Assembly: GCA_965238005.1 (NCBI GenBank)
Contig: OZ250165.1
Span: forward strand, 2,080,001-2,144,000
Length of the DNA: 64,000 nt
From: Longimicrobiales bacterium
GTDB taxonomy: Bacteria > Gemmatimonadota > Gemmatimonadetes > Longimicrobiales > Gaopeijiaceae
Direction of reading: 5' to 3'
The notes below the pieces were generated by a model. The model ran no database searches and had not been told where the DNA came from. It saw only the letters and a list, made by a program, of their open reading frames with translations. Made by a program: the position numbers and the translations under genes. Below, piece by piece: positions 10,601-19,815 of this stretch. The number at the start of each line of letters is the position of its first letter. Position 1 is the first letter of the stretch.

Positions 10601-10724
10601 CTCGGATCTGAGCGAAGTGCTCCGTGGTGTACTGTGCCGCCGACGGAGAGGTGCCGAGAAACAACGCCCAGGCCGCAAGGACCGTTCCCAGGAGGTTATG
10701 GGTCTGTCGAGTCATTCGATTCAT
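7611..10724 (-). CDS. Secreted VPS10/sortilin-like BNR-repeat beta-propeller protein (glycosyl hydrolase-like)
   Basis: Signal peptide; RSIGPAGMSGR; many SxDGGxTW Asp-box repeats; GGLQDNGSW. Confidence 0.88.
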   Translation of the reverse strand: MNRMTRQTHNLLGTVLAAWALFLGTSPSAAQYTTEHFAQIRGRSIGPAGMSGRVADVDVVISDLNIIYVGSATGGVWRSVDGGIEWVPIFDDQPVLGIGAVAVSQATPDVVWVGTGEGNPRNSAGVGNGVFRSLDGGDTWTNVGLEGSERIHRIITHPTDPAVAYVAAMGPAWSDGEVRGIFRTRDGGRTWDRILYVNERTGAGDLIMDPSNPNKLFAAMWEFRRWPWFFESGGPGSGLYVTYDGGDSWVRYTEDDGLPPGNLGRIGLAVAPSNPDVVYALVEAEKSELIRSEDGGRSWETINDHSGVVPRPFYYADLRVDPQNENRIYSLHGSIQVSEDQGRNFETVVPSSTIHGDVHELWIDPENGRHMIIGNDGGIAFTYDRGKRWRFVENLTLAQFYHISLDNEAPFNVYGGLQDNGSWYGPSTVWENRGIMNAHWRRVGSGDGFAVFNDPTDSRYGYSMSQRGNLIRFDKETGRRVEIQPVHPQGDYLRFNWNAALNVDPHDPSVLYLGSQFVHRTRDHGNSWEIISPDLTTNDAEKQRQHQSGGLTLDATGAENHTTILSISPSPLQPGLIWASTDDGNVQVTEDDGGTWRNTGVRIRGVPRGTWVPHVEPSHHDPQTAYVVLEDHRRGNWEPYVYKTEDLGQSWNTLNTNGIDGFIHVIREDTEEPNLLFLGTEFGLRVSLDGGDSWIHWNHGVPPAPVRDLRIHPRDHDLVVGTHGRGAYVIDDIRPLREAARDLGLAGDVLRVLPMAPAQKHATAETIGYRSVGHAMMLGAMRPYGALINYWVGVEGGKEATIDILDVDGSSIRTLSGSAELGVNRVVWNLRRSGESEPDEEGSEVLGGMYTVRVTLGDSVSTGEVTVLEDSREDISLTRRIAKLQAVERAQTMTTALSDAQERLERAIRIAETVQESLRGRDGGEDLREEGAELEESLEEMRERLFAGPPCQGICGRSRLTSNAVRRPLRFLGSSPDAPTANERLMLAQAEEALQGIIDEVNAIFDGAVSAYSQRLQEAGYSPFPEADLLRIRMEQR

Positions 10725-10835
10725 TTCTACTCCGTCGCTTGTTGAAGCATGACATGTCGGCGCAGCGCACATCGCAGCACACAGCGGCAAGGGCCGACCG
10801 CCCTCGGCTTCTGATGATGGGCAGCTCGCCCCATC

Positions 10836-13800
10836 CTATCCGATCGGCCCCATGGACGGGAAAACGTCCAGATTGGCCGCCTCGACCTGGTTACGGAAGC
10901 GGGTCACGTCCAGCAACAGGAAATCGTTGATCCGCTCCGTCAGGATGTCCAGCGCCGCCTCCATCCGGATCAGGTCGACGCGCTGGCCTTCCGTCGGCGC
11001 ATCGTACGAGGACGACAGGCCGGACACACCTGAGCGATGCTGGTCGACGCCCTCGAAGTCGGCAACCTCCTCTAGACGTCGCTGAAGGCGTTGCCCGGAG
11101 GTTACCAGCTCCGCACCGACGGACCGGGCGTCGGACTCCAGGAGCATGAGAACCCGGTCGACGCCCTCCCTGACGCTGTTCGTGGCCCGCTGCAGCTCGG
11201 TCACGCGGACGTTGAGCTCCTGCGCTCTCTTCAGGGCCTGGTATTTTGTGATCCGGTCGGTCATCTCGATTTCGACCCTGGGATCGGGGAGAACGTCGAG
11301 GGTCTGCCGACTTTCGGCGCGCCCCCTGGTGATCCGCACCGTGTACGCACCAGGCAACACCTGGGGTGCCTGGGGCGCTCCCCCGGAGCCCACACCCCCG
11401 CCCCCCGTAGGCTGGAAGTCGAGGAGCACCTCGGGGAGGTCCTCCCGGAGATCCCAGGAAACCCGGTTGAGGCCCGGGCTTCGGGTGCCCTGCAGGGTCC
11501 GGACCACGTGATCCTCGAAGTCGAGGACCTCGATCGTCACAGGCCCGTCGTCGTTGTCCTCGCCCAACCAATAGGAAAAGAGGGCTCCCGGCTCGCGAGC
11601 ACGGCCCTGGTACATGGCATCGGCCAGGAAGTGGTAGCCATCCGCTTCTGCCGTGGTATGCACGTACGCCACGGGCGGCTCGAAGAAGAAGAGGGCCACG
11701 TCGGCGGCGCCGGGGTTGGTCGCGAGCTCCCTCAGCGGCCGGATGTCATCGAGGACGTAGATGGCCCTTCCGTGCGTTCCGATGACCAGATCGTGATCCC
11801 TGGGGTGGATCACCAGAGATCGCACCGGAACCGACGGCAACCCGTGGGTCCATTTGAACCAGTCGTCTCCCCCGCTCAGGGTGACGTACAGCCCGAACTC
11901 GGTGCCGGCGAAGAGAAGCTGTTCGGCCCGTGGATCCTGCTCCAGCGTATGAACGTAGCCGTCGATGTCGTCTTCGTCGGCGATGCGATCCCAGTCGTCT
12001 CCGTAGTCGTCCGTCCGGTAGATGTAGGGCTCCCAGTCGCCCCGGCGGTGATCGTCGAAGACGGCGAAAGCGCCCCCCGCCCGGAACTTGGACGCCTCGA
12101 TGTGGGCCACCCAGCTATTGTCCGGGACCCCGCCGATCCCGTCGGTGACGTCGCTCCACTGGCCCCCAGCGGAAGACGTGACCTGCACCTTCCCGTCGTC
12201 CGTGCCCACCCAGACCACATCCTGCGACAGGGCGCTGGGGGCGATGGTCAGGATGGTCGTGTGGTTCTCCGCACCGGTGGCGTCCTTCGTCAGCCCCCCG
12301 CTCTCCTCCTGCTTTTGCTTGTCCGGGTCGTTCGTGGTGAGGTCGGCGCTGATGATCTGCCAGGTGCCACCCCGATCCACGCTCTTGTGGACGAATTGGC
12401 TCCCGTAATAGATGCCCCCGGGGATGTACGGATCGGCCGCGATGGCCGCGTTCCAGTTGAAGCGCAGCCGGGTGGAGTCGGGCGCCCAGGGACGGATGCG
12501 CTTGCGCTCGCCGGTGCGGACGTCGAAGCGTATCAGGTCGCCGCCCTGAGACATGGCATAGCCATAGCTCGGATCCTCGGTGTCCACCAGGGTGCCGAAG
12601 CCGTTGCCAAATGCCACTTTCTTCCAGTGGTAGTTCCGGATCCCGCCGCTCTCCCAAACGTCCGAAGGCCCCTCCCAAGACCCGTTGTCCTGCATGCCTC
12701 CGTACACGTTGTACGGCACATCCATGTCCACCGAGACGTGGTAGAGCTGACCCACCGGCAGATTGTCGATCATCCGCCAGCTCGCGCCGCCGTCCCGCGA
12801 CACGTAGACGCCTCCGTCGGTGCCGGCATAGAGGTGCTGCGGATCCCGAGGGTCGATCCACAGGGCGTGGAAGTCGGGGTGGACCCCCTGCCCCATGTTC
12901 TCGAAGGTCCGGCCGCCGTCATCACTCCTCTCGAGACGGGAGTGGAGCTGGTAGAGCCGAAGCTCGTTTTCCGGGTCGACGAAGATGTCGCTGTAGTAGA
13001 ACGGCCGCGGACTGACCCCTGTGCCGCTCCTCACGGTCCTCCAGCTCCGCCCACCGTCCGACGAGCGGAGTAGCGCGCTTTCACGTGCTTCCACGAGGGC
13101 GTATACGATGCGCGGATCGGTGGGGTACACCGCCAGACCGATCCGGCCCAGCTCTCCCCCGGGAAGACCGTCCGCCTCGTCTGCCCGCCGCCAGCTCGCC
13201 CCTCCGTCGACGGTGACGTAGAGTCCGCTACCCGGGCCTCCCGACTCGAAGAACCAAGGGGAGCGCCGGAAGGACCACATGCCCACGATGAGCTTGTCGG
13301 GGTTCGTGGGATCCATAACCATGTCGGAGACGCCTGTCCGCTCGTCGACATAGAGGATCCGTTCCCAGCTCCGCCCGCCGTCCACCGTCTTGAAGACTCC
13401 CCGCTCCTGTCCGTCGCTCCACGAGGGCCCCATGGCTCCCACGTAGGCGATGTCGGCGTCGGTGGGGTGTAACAGGATCCGGTGGATCCGCTCCGACCTG
13501 TCGAGGCCCAAGAGCGTCCAGGTATCGCCGCCGTCGATGGACTTGTAGACCCCGCCCCCCACGCCTGCGCTGTTGCGAGGGTTGCCCTCTCCGGTTCCGA
13601 CCCAGACGACGTCGGGGTTGGACTGGTCGACGACTACGGCACCGATACCCAGGACACGCTGGTCGTCGAAGACGGCCTTCCAGGTCTGGCCTCCGTTCGT
13701 CGACTTCCAGACACCGCCTGTGGCCGCTCCCACGTAGACGACGTCGGGATCGGTCGCCAGGGCATCGATCGCGGCGATGCGACCACTCATGCCCGCAGGA

Positions 13801-13919
13801 CCGATGCTTCGGGCCTGCATGGCGGCCAGCTGGTGCTCCCTCACCTGGCCCTGCAGTGACGGCACGCCCAGGAGCAAGGGGAGGAGCAGGTGCAGTCCGG
13901 CCAAGAATCTTCCCGTCAT
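10836..13919 (-). CDS. Secreted VPS10/sortilin-like BNR-repeat beta-propeller protein (paralog)
   Basis: Same architecture and motifs as the neighbouring gene. Start at MTGRFLAG. Confidence 0.88.
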   Translation of the reverse strand: MTGRFLAGLHLLLPLLLGVPSLQGQVREHQLAAMQARSIGPAGMSGRIAAIDALATDPDVVYVGAATGGVWKSTNGGQTWKAVFDDQRVLGIGAVVVDQSNPDVVWVGTGEGNPRNSAGVGGGVYKSIDGGDTWTLLGLDRSERIHRILLHPTDADIAYVGAMGPSWSDGQERGVFKTVDGGRSWERILYVDERTGVSDMVMDPTNPDKLIVGMWSFRRSPWFFESGGPGSGLYVTVDGGASWRRADEADGLPGGELGRIGLAVYPTDPRIVYALVEARESALLRSSDGGRSWRTVRSGTGVSPRPFYYSDIFVDPENELRLYQLHSRLERSDDGGRTFENMGQGVHPDFHALWIDPRDPQHLYAGTDGGVYVSRDGGASWRMIDNLPVGQLYHVSVDMDVPYNVYGGMQDNGSWEGPSDVWESGGIRNYHWKKVAFGNGFGTLVDTEDPSYGYAMSQGGDLIRFDVRTGERKRIRPWAPDSTRLRFNWNAAIAADPYIPGGIYYGSQFVHKSVDRGGTWQIISADLTTNDPDKQKQEESGGLTKDATGAENHTTILTIAPSALSQDVVWVGTDDGKVQVTSSAGGQWSDVTDGIGGVPDNSWVAHIEASKFRAGGAFAVFDDHRRGDWEPYIYRTDDYGDDWDRIADEDDIDGYVHTLEQDPRAEQLLFAGTEFGLYVTLSGGDDWFKWTHGLPSVPVRSLVIHPRDHDLVIGTHGRAIYVLDDIRPLRELATNPGAADVALFFFEPPVAYVHTTAEADGYHFLADAMYQGRAREPGALFSYWLGEDNDDGPVTIEVLDFEDHVVRTLQGTRSPGLNRVSWDLREDLPEVLLDFQPTGGGGVGSGGAPQAPQVLPGAYTVRITRGRAESRQTLDVLPDPRVEIEMTDRITKYQALKRAQELNVRVTELQRATNSVREGVDRVLMLLESDARSVGAELVTSGQRLQRRLEEVADFEGVDQHRSGVSGLSSSYDAPTEGQRVDLIRMEAALDILTERINDFLLLDVTRFRNQVEAANLDVFPSMGPIG

Positions 13920-14129
13920 GCAGTAGCTTCCCAAGTCGGTCAGCGGGACACGGACCGGAAGAATCTCCTCGCCAGGGCACCGACTCGCAACCCCGACCGG
14001 AGTGGTTCTTGAATCGGCGGCCGGCGCCGTCGGGAACCGAATGGTGCCGAGGACCTGGAGATATGCACATATTAGAGGCCAGACCTGCTGAGCCCCCGAT
14101 ACCCTAGCCCCGGAAGCGATCCTTTGCTG

Positions 14130-16166
14130 ATGACAGCACCCGATGACGGGGTCCCGAAGGGCGTACCCACGCAAGCACTGTACATATCGCTCGGCGCCCT
14201 CGTGGTGCCGGCCGGAGCCGCGCTTCTGGTACCCGACGTCCTGGGGGAGCAGGGCGTCCTCATCTGGCTCTTGGCCCTTACCCCGGCCTTCCTCCTGGCC
14301 TACTACAAGGGCTGGAGGGGTGCGGCCCTGGCGCTCGCGGCCGGGATGGCGACGCTGTCCATCACCCAGGTCGTCGCCCTACTCATGGGGCTGACCATTC
14401 CCTACGGCCTCTTCGGGGTGGTGGTGGCGTACATCGTCATCACCCTCTGCATCGGTTGGTTGGCGGAGGTTCTCCTACGCGACAAGAAGCGAATGGAGGG
14501 GATGGCGTTCGAAGACGGCTTGACCCACCTCCCGAACCGGCGCCACGCCCGCGTGTTCCTGGAGAACGAGTTCGCCGCCGCTCAGCGTGGACGCCTCTTG
14601 TGCGTGGTCCTGTTCGACCTGGACAACTTCAAGGGGTACAACGACCGCTATGGCCACCCCGCGGGCGACGAAGCGCTGAAGGTCTTCGCCGATATCCTCG
14701 CCAAGACCACCCGTCGCATGAACCTCTCGGCCCGCTTCGGGGGGGAGGAGTTTCTCTCGATCCTAGCGGGGTCCGACCTGGACGGAGCCGTGGCGTTCGC
14801 CGAGCGTGTTCGGGCTACGCTCACAGCCCAAGAGCTGGGCAGTGGCCCTCTCACCGTGTGCGCCGGCGTGGCGCTGCACCATCTCAGCATGGGCACACCC
14901 GACGAGCTGTTGGCGGCCGCCGATCACGCGCTCTATCGAGCCAAACGTGAGGGGCGCAACACCGTGCGCCTCTTCGGCACGACCCTCCTCGATCCGGTCT
15001 CCGGTGAGGCCCCGATGCTCGAAGCGGAACGAGTGGAGCCAGTCGACAGCGGAGAGTACCCTCGGGCCCCGGAAGAAATGGGGAAGAGCCGGCCACCCAT
15101 CATGCTCCTCCCCCAACAGATCACGGTGTTCGGCTCGGGGCGAAAGGTCCTCCTCGTGGAGGACGAGGACCCGGTCAGAGCCCTGATCTCCACATACCTC
15201 AACGGTGAGGGCTTCTCGGTCACCGAGGTCACGGACGTGACGTCGGCACTCAGCAATCTCGGCACCGAGTTCGACGTGATCGTGACCTCCCAGCTCCTCA
15301 CCGAGGGGAGCAGCACCCAGCTCGTGACGGCGGTCAAGTCACGCTGGCCGGCGACGCAGGTCCTCGTCATGACGACTTCGAGCGAGGCGCACGCCGCCGC
15401 AGAGGCCCTTGCTTCGGGAGCCGACCGGCACATGGTGAAGCCCTTCGGCATGCCCGAGCTACGGGTTCAGCTCGTCGACTGCCTGGCGCGGCGGGATCGG
15501 TTCGTGGCGGACCGTGCCGAGCAGCGGTCTGCGGCGGCTGGACAGGGGAAAGACGACGTCCGGAGCCACGTCGAGGAGGGGGCGCTGGCTCTGGTCCGGG
15601 CGGCGGAGGCGAAAGACCCCTCGACGGTCGGCCATGGGGAGACGGTCGGCGCCATGGCCCTCGAGCTCGCCAAGGCCTTGGACCCGGAGGGTGCGATGCT
15701 GGACCCGCAGGCGGTGCGGCTGGGCGGTTGGGTGCACGACATCGGAAAGATCTCCTTGTCCGAGGCACTCCTGAACAAGGAGGACCCACTCGACGAGGGT
15801 GAGTGGGCAGACATGCGCACCCACACGACCGTAGGGCGGCAGCTCCTGGCTCCTCTCCTCCGGGACGCCACCGTGGACGCGGCCGTTACCTGGCATCACG
15901 AGAGATGGGATGGCGGCGGCTATCCCGACGGGCTCGCCGGCGACGCCATTCCACTCGCCGCGCGAATCATTGCCATCGCCGACGCCCTCGCCGCCATGAC
16001 AAGCTCTCGGGCCTTCAGGGATGCCTTCTCCTTCGATGCCGCCGTGGAGAAGGTCCGGGCGTGCTTCGGCACTCGCTACGACCCCGGTCTGAAAGATGTC
16101 TTCGAGGGCGCGCTCCCAGGACTGCGGAAGGTGAAGGCGCGCTCCGAGTCGGCGGACGACGCCTAG
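14130..16166 (+). CDS. Membrane-anchored diguanylate cyclase / HD-GYP phosphodiesterase (TM-GGDEF-REC-HD-GYP)
   Basis: 4 TM helices; DLDNFK..ND.YGH..GD and RFGGEEF; REC-like VLLVEDE...KPF; HDIGK and HHERWDGGGYP. Confidence 0.9.
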   Translation: MTAPDDGVPKGVPTQALYISLGALVVPAGAALLVPDVLGEQGVLIWLLALTPAFLLAYYKGWRGAALALAAGMATLSITQVVALLMGLTIPYGLFGVVVAYIVITLCIGWLAEVLLRDKKRMEGMAFEDGLTHLPNRRHARVFLENEFAAAQRGRLLCVVLFDLDNFKGYNDRYGHPAGDEALKVFADILAKTTRRMNLSARFGGEEFLSILAGSDLDGAVAFAERVRATLTAQELGSGPLTVCAGVALHHLSMGTPDELLAAADHALYRAKREGRNTVRLFGTTLLDPVSGEAPMLEAERVEPVDSGEYPRAPEEMGKSRPPIMLLPQQITVFGSGRKVLLVEDEDPVRALISTYLNGEGFSVTEVTDVTSALSNLGTEFDVIVTSQLLTEGSSTQLVTAVKSRWPATQVLVMTTSSEAHAAAEALASGADRHMVKPFGMPELRVQLVDCLARRDRFVADRAEQRSAAAGQGKDDVRSHVEEGALALVRAAEAKDPSTVGHGETVGAMALELAKALDPEGAMLDPQAVRLGGWVHDIGKISLSEALLNKEDPLDEGEWADMRTHTTVGRQLLAPLLRDATVDAAVTWHHERWDGGGYPDGLAGDAIPLAARIIAIADALAAMTSSRAFRDAFSFDAAVEKVRACFGTRYDPGLKDVFEGALPGLRKVKARSESADDA

Positions 16167-16262
16167 TGTCCCGTTACCAAAGTGTCTCGGCCAGTCGAGG
16201 GCACAGTGCATCCGTGGGCTCGGCCCTCTTGGTGGCTCGCGAACTTCGGAAACGGACACTAG
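16163..16262. mobile_element. ~100 bp MITE-like element with imperfect terminal IRs, flanked by CTAG
   Basis: ctagtgtcccgttaccaaagt ... acttcggaaacggacactag. Subterminal sequences are shared with the elements at 17083 and 27018. Confidence 0.7.
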
Positions 16263-16267
16263 GGCCA

Positions 16268-16912
16268 CTAAAAGCCCAGCACGAACCCGAGATCGACGAC
16301 CAGGTAGCGCTCCCGGAGCACTCCCCGGGAGGCCAGGTCCAGGTCGACCCTTCCGTAACGCACTCCCGGACTCAGTCCGAACCGGTCGGCCACCGGAATC
16401 AGGATGCCGGCTCCGGCCTCGAATCCCCAACGGCGATCCGATTCCTCGCGCACCGTTACAGCCGTCGCCCCCGTCGATCCGGCCGTTCCCAGATCGGCCT
16501 CCAGCAGGGCCGCGATGGTTCCCAGGCGGAGCCATGGCACCACGCCGGACGTTCGCAGGTTGATGCGCAGGCCGATGTCCCACGACGTCGAGACCAGGTC
16601 CGTCTCGGCACTGCATCCCGCCTCCGGACACTTGAAGCGATGCTCACTGAAGCCCACCAGGTAGGCGAGATGGCCGCGGGTCAACGCGAAGTGGACACCG
16701 AAGCTGGCGTCTGTGGAAGCCTCGCCTTCCCAACCCTCGAGGCCGGCGAATTCCGCCACGGGGATCGAGGCCCCTCCGTTCACCTCCATCTGCACCACGG
16801 AGAGCTGGGCATGTGACGCCGCGGGAGCGAGACCCCCTGCTACCGAGAGAACCCCCCACGCGATCAGTGGTGGGCCACGCGTTCGAGTTGAACTCGGGTT
16901 TCGTTCGCTCAT
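16268..16912 (-). CDS. Outer membrane beta-barrel protein (OmpA/OmpW-like)
   Basis: Signal peptide, alternating hydrophobic beta strands and a C-terminal Phe (LGFVLGF). Confidence 0.75.
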   Translation of the reverse strand: MSERNPSSTRTRGPPLIAWGVLSVAGGLAPAASHAQLSVVQMEVNGGASIPVAEFAGLEGWEGEASTDASFGVHFALTRGHLAYLVGFSEHRFKCPEAGCSAETDLVSTSWDIGLRINLRTSGVVPWLRLGTIAALLEADLGTAGSTGATAVTVREESDRRWGFEAGAGILIPVADRFGLSPGVRYGRVDLDLASRGVLRERYLVVDLGFVLGF

Positions 16913-17082
16913 CGAAGGATGGCTTGTCTGGAAGTGATCCACCCTCGAAGACTAGGCGGTCACCCCGCCAGCCGCCACGCCTCCCGGGTCGCCTCGCATA
17001 TCGCCGTCTCGAGTGTCGGACGCGTCCATCTGTTGCCCCCCGACGGGTCGCTGAGATACCCTTGGCCTTCCTCACAACGGAC

Positions 17083-17361
17083 CCAGTGTGGTGTTGCAGA
17101 AGTTCGCGAGCCACCGAGAGTGCCGAGGCGCCGGATCCGGGGTACCCGCGCCGGATGCGTGGGTCAGGCGCGACGACGAGGAATAGCAACGCGGGCACCG
17201 CGGCCGAAGGCCGTGGTCCGAGGAGGAGGAACGCCGCAGGGCCGGATGCATCGGTGCTCGAGCCGAGCGACCTTCATGCTCGTCGTGAGCGCCCAGTTGA
17301 CCGCGAGACGATCGAGCGCAGCGAGATCAATGGCCGAGACACTTCTGCAACACCACACTAG
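17083..17361. mobile_element. ~280 bp MITE-like element
   Basis: Perfect 18-bp IRs gtgtggtgttgcagaagt (17086-17103) / acttctgcaacaccacac (17341-17358); ccag/ctag flanks; internal hairpins. Confidence 0.8.
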
Positions 17362-17374
17362 ATCGCGAGCCCAT

Positions 17375-18547
17375 ATGACCCCACTGCGTACGGCACGGAG
17401 AACCCACGGCTTCACGGAGTCAGTCATCCGGGAGATGACTCGTGTAGCGCATGAGCACGACGCCATCAATCTCGCGCAGGGCTTTCCCGACTTCCCGGCC
17501 CCCCAAAGGCTGAAGGACGCTGCGTGCGAGGCAATCCAGGCCGACGTGAACCAATACGCCATCACGTGGGGATCGCCTCGCATGCGCGACGCCCTCGTGG
17601 CCAAATACGAGCGCTGGTACGGGATGGCCGTGGACGGCGAGCGGGAGATCACCGTCACGTGCGGTGCCACGGAGGCCATGGCCAACATCATGCTCGCGGT
17701 CATCGACCCAGGGGACGAGGTGATCGTGCTGGAGCCCTTCTACGAGAACTACGGCCCCGATGCCATCCTCTCGGAGGCAAGGCCGGTCTTTCTTCCTCTA
17801 GAGCCCCCCGACTTCCGGCTGGATCCTGATCGCCTGGCATCCCTTGTGACGGATCGCACCCGAGCCATCGTGATCAACACGCCCAACAATCCGACAGGCC
17901 GGGTCCTCGATCGAAGCGAGCTCGAAGCGCTCGCCGACATCTGCCGCAAGCACGATCTGCTGGCCATCACCGACGAGATCTACGAGCACATCTATTACGA
18001 GGGCGAGCACATCCCCATGGCCACCCTCGACGGGATGCGCGACCGGACCATCACGGTGAGCGGCCTCTCGAAGACCTTCAGCATCACGGGCTGGCGCATC
18101 GGTACCATCATCGCTCCGCCGGACCTCACCGACGCCATCCGGAAGGTCCACGACTTCCTTACCGTGGGCGCGCCGGCTCCCTTACAGGAGGCCTGCGCCG
18201 TGGGCATGGAGGAGCTGGGAGGGACCTATTACGAGACGATGATCGATGACTATCGGGTAAGACGCGAGGCCTTGTACCGGGGCCTGGCCGAGGCGGGCTT
18301 CCGGTGCGAGAAGCCTCAGGGTGCGTACTACATGCTGGCGGACTTCTCGGCTCTCAGCGACGAGCCCGACGACGTCTTCTCGCGACGGCTGACGAGAGAC
18401 GCAGGCGTGGCACCGGTCCCGGGCTCGAGCTTCTACTCGGACCCCGAGCTGGGTCGCTCTCTGGTCCGCTTCGCCTTCTGCAAGAGAGCGGAGACCCTGG
18501 AGGTAGCAGGCGAGCGGCTGCGGACCTTCGCCCGGGGCGGGGGCTGA
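17375..18547 (+). CDS. Class I/II PLP-dependent aminotransferase (YbdL/kynurenine aminotransferase-like)
   Basis: INLAQGFPDF, NTPNNPTG, TDEIYEH and SKTFSITGWRIG motifs. Confidence 0.92.
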   Translation: MTPLRTARRTHGFTESVIREMTRVAHEHDAINLAQGFPDFPAPQRLKDAACEAIQADVNQYAITWGSPRMRDALVAKYERWYGMAVDGEREITVTCGATEAMANIMLAVIDPGDEVIVLEPFYENYGPDAILSEARPVFLPLEPPDFRLDPDRLASLVTDRTRAIVINTPNNPTGRVLDRSELEALADICRKHDLLAITDEIYEHIYYEGEHIPMATLDGMRDRTITVSGLSKTFSITGWRIGTIIAPPDLTDAIRKVHDFLTVGAPAPLQEACAVGMEELGGTYYETMIDDYRVRREALYRGLAEAGFRCEKPQGAYYMLADFSALSDEPDDVFSRRLTRDAGVAPVPGSSFYSDPELGRSLVRFAFCKRAETLEVAGERLRTFARGGG

Positions 18548-18555
18548 GGGCTTCC

Positions 18556-19815
18556 CTACGAGTCGGTAGTGACCTCCGGATCACCGGCGGCCGGCCGGCC
18601 CGGCCCATCTTCATAGGTGGGCTCGACGGGCGCCCCGATGGGGAGAGCCTCATCCTCCTGGTGCACCACGGCGATCTGACCCTCCCACTGGCGCATCATG
18701 CGAACGAAGGACTGGGCCAGGTCGTAGTCGAACTCGGTTCCAGAGCCCTCGTCCAGAAGGCCTAGCACCCGCTCCGTTTCCCACGCACCTCGATACGGGC
18801 GATCCGTCCGCAATGCGTCGAAGACGTCGCAAACGTGCACCAGGTTGCTGGCCTGATGACAGGCCCGGGGGAAGCGCAACGAGGGATATCCGCCCCCGTC
18901 GATCTTGATGTGGTGCTCGTACGCCACGACGGCCGCCAGATCCAGTTGCTCTTGGGTCTCGATGATGATCCGCGCACCGGCGATGGTATGGTTGTTCATC
19001 ACGGTGCGCTCTTCGTCTGTGAGCTTCCCGGGCTTGTTGAGGATGTCCTCGGGTATGGTGACCTTGCCGAGATCGTGCATGAGGCCGCTGATGCCGAACG
19101 CCCTGATCTCCTGAGGCCCCAAACCGATGAACTCGGCCAACGCCATGGCCAACACGGAGACGTTCATGGCGTGGGTGGTGGTGTACTGATCGAATCGCTT
19201 CAGCTTGAGCAGCGGCACGAGGAACTGTTGATCGCCGTGCATGGCGACGGTGAGTGAGCGAACGATGGCCTCGGCCTCGAGTAGATGCAGGCCACCGTCC
19301 TTCTTGAGCTCGCCGTGGAGCCAATCCACCGCCTCCACCTCTTCCCTGAGCGTGTAGGTTACCTGGCTACCTGCACTGCGCTCTTCTCCATCCTCCAGCC
19401 TCCGTCCCTGGCCCTTGATCCCCACGATCCCGTATTGGATGACGGTAGGCCGCGTCTGTCGGGCCTCGGCCGAGCTGACGAAGACGCCGGTGAGGCGAGC
19501 CTGGACGTCGTAGAGGAAGACCTCCAGATCGTCCCGGGTCACCGGACCGGTGAACTCCAGCCTCTGGATTCCGACGGCACCCAGTCGAGCGCCCCAGCCC
19601 CACCGCTTGAGGGCGTGAAGGGGCCGGCCCTGGAATACGACTTCGTTGCCCACGAAGGTGAAGTCGGGAGTGGGAACCTCCTCCTGCAGCCTGAGTATGG
19701 CCTCGAGAGCCCCGTCGATGGCCCGTTCGCGAGCCGGATGGCCCTCCTCGTAGAGGGTCATCGTCGACACGGTCTGGGCCAGATTCGTGAGGAACTCGGG
19801 GGCGCTCGAGCTCAA
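18556..19815 (-). CDS. HD-GYP domain cyclic dinucleotide phosphodiesterase
   Basis: DQYTTTHAMNV, HDLGK, HH..DGGGYP and CDVFDALRTDRPYR motifs. Confidence 0.88.
   Translation of the reverse strand: MSSSAPEFLTNLAQTVSTMTLYEEGHPARERAIDGALEAILRLQEEVPTPDFTFVGNEVVFQGRPLHALKRWGWGARLGAVGIQRLEFTGPVTRDDLEVFLYDVQARLTGVFVSSAEARQTRPTVIQYGIVGIKGQGRRLEDGEERSAGSQVTYTLREEVEAVDWLHGELKKDGGLHLLEAEAIVRSLTVAMHGDQQFLVPLLKLKRFDQYTTTHAMNVSVLAMALAEFIGLGPQEIRAFGISGLMHDLGKVTIPEDILNKPGKLTDEERTVMNNHTIAGARIIIETQEQLDLAAVVAYEHHIKIDGGGYPSLRFPRACHQASNLVHVCDVFDALRTDRPYRGAWETERVLGLLDEGSGTEFDYDLAQSFVRMMRQWEGQIAVVHQEDEALPIGAPVEPTYEDGPGRPAAGDPEVTTDS

Noticed and set aside
11091..13073. Long antisense ORFs (also 35844-37694, 23657-25222, 47816-49306, 58627-60012 and others)
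   Set aside because: Shadow frames opposite well-supported genes, as expected in high-GC DNA; no motifs.
14610..14760. Hypr-type cGAMP synthase
   Set aside because: The specificity residue is the canonical Asp (GHPAGD), not Ser.
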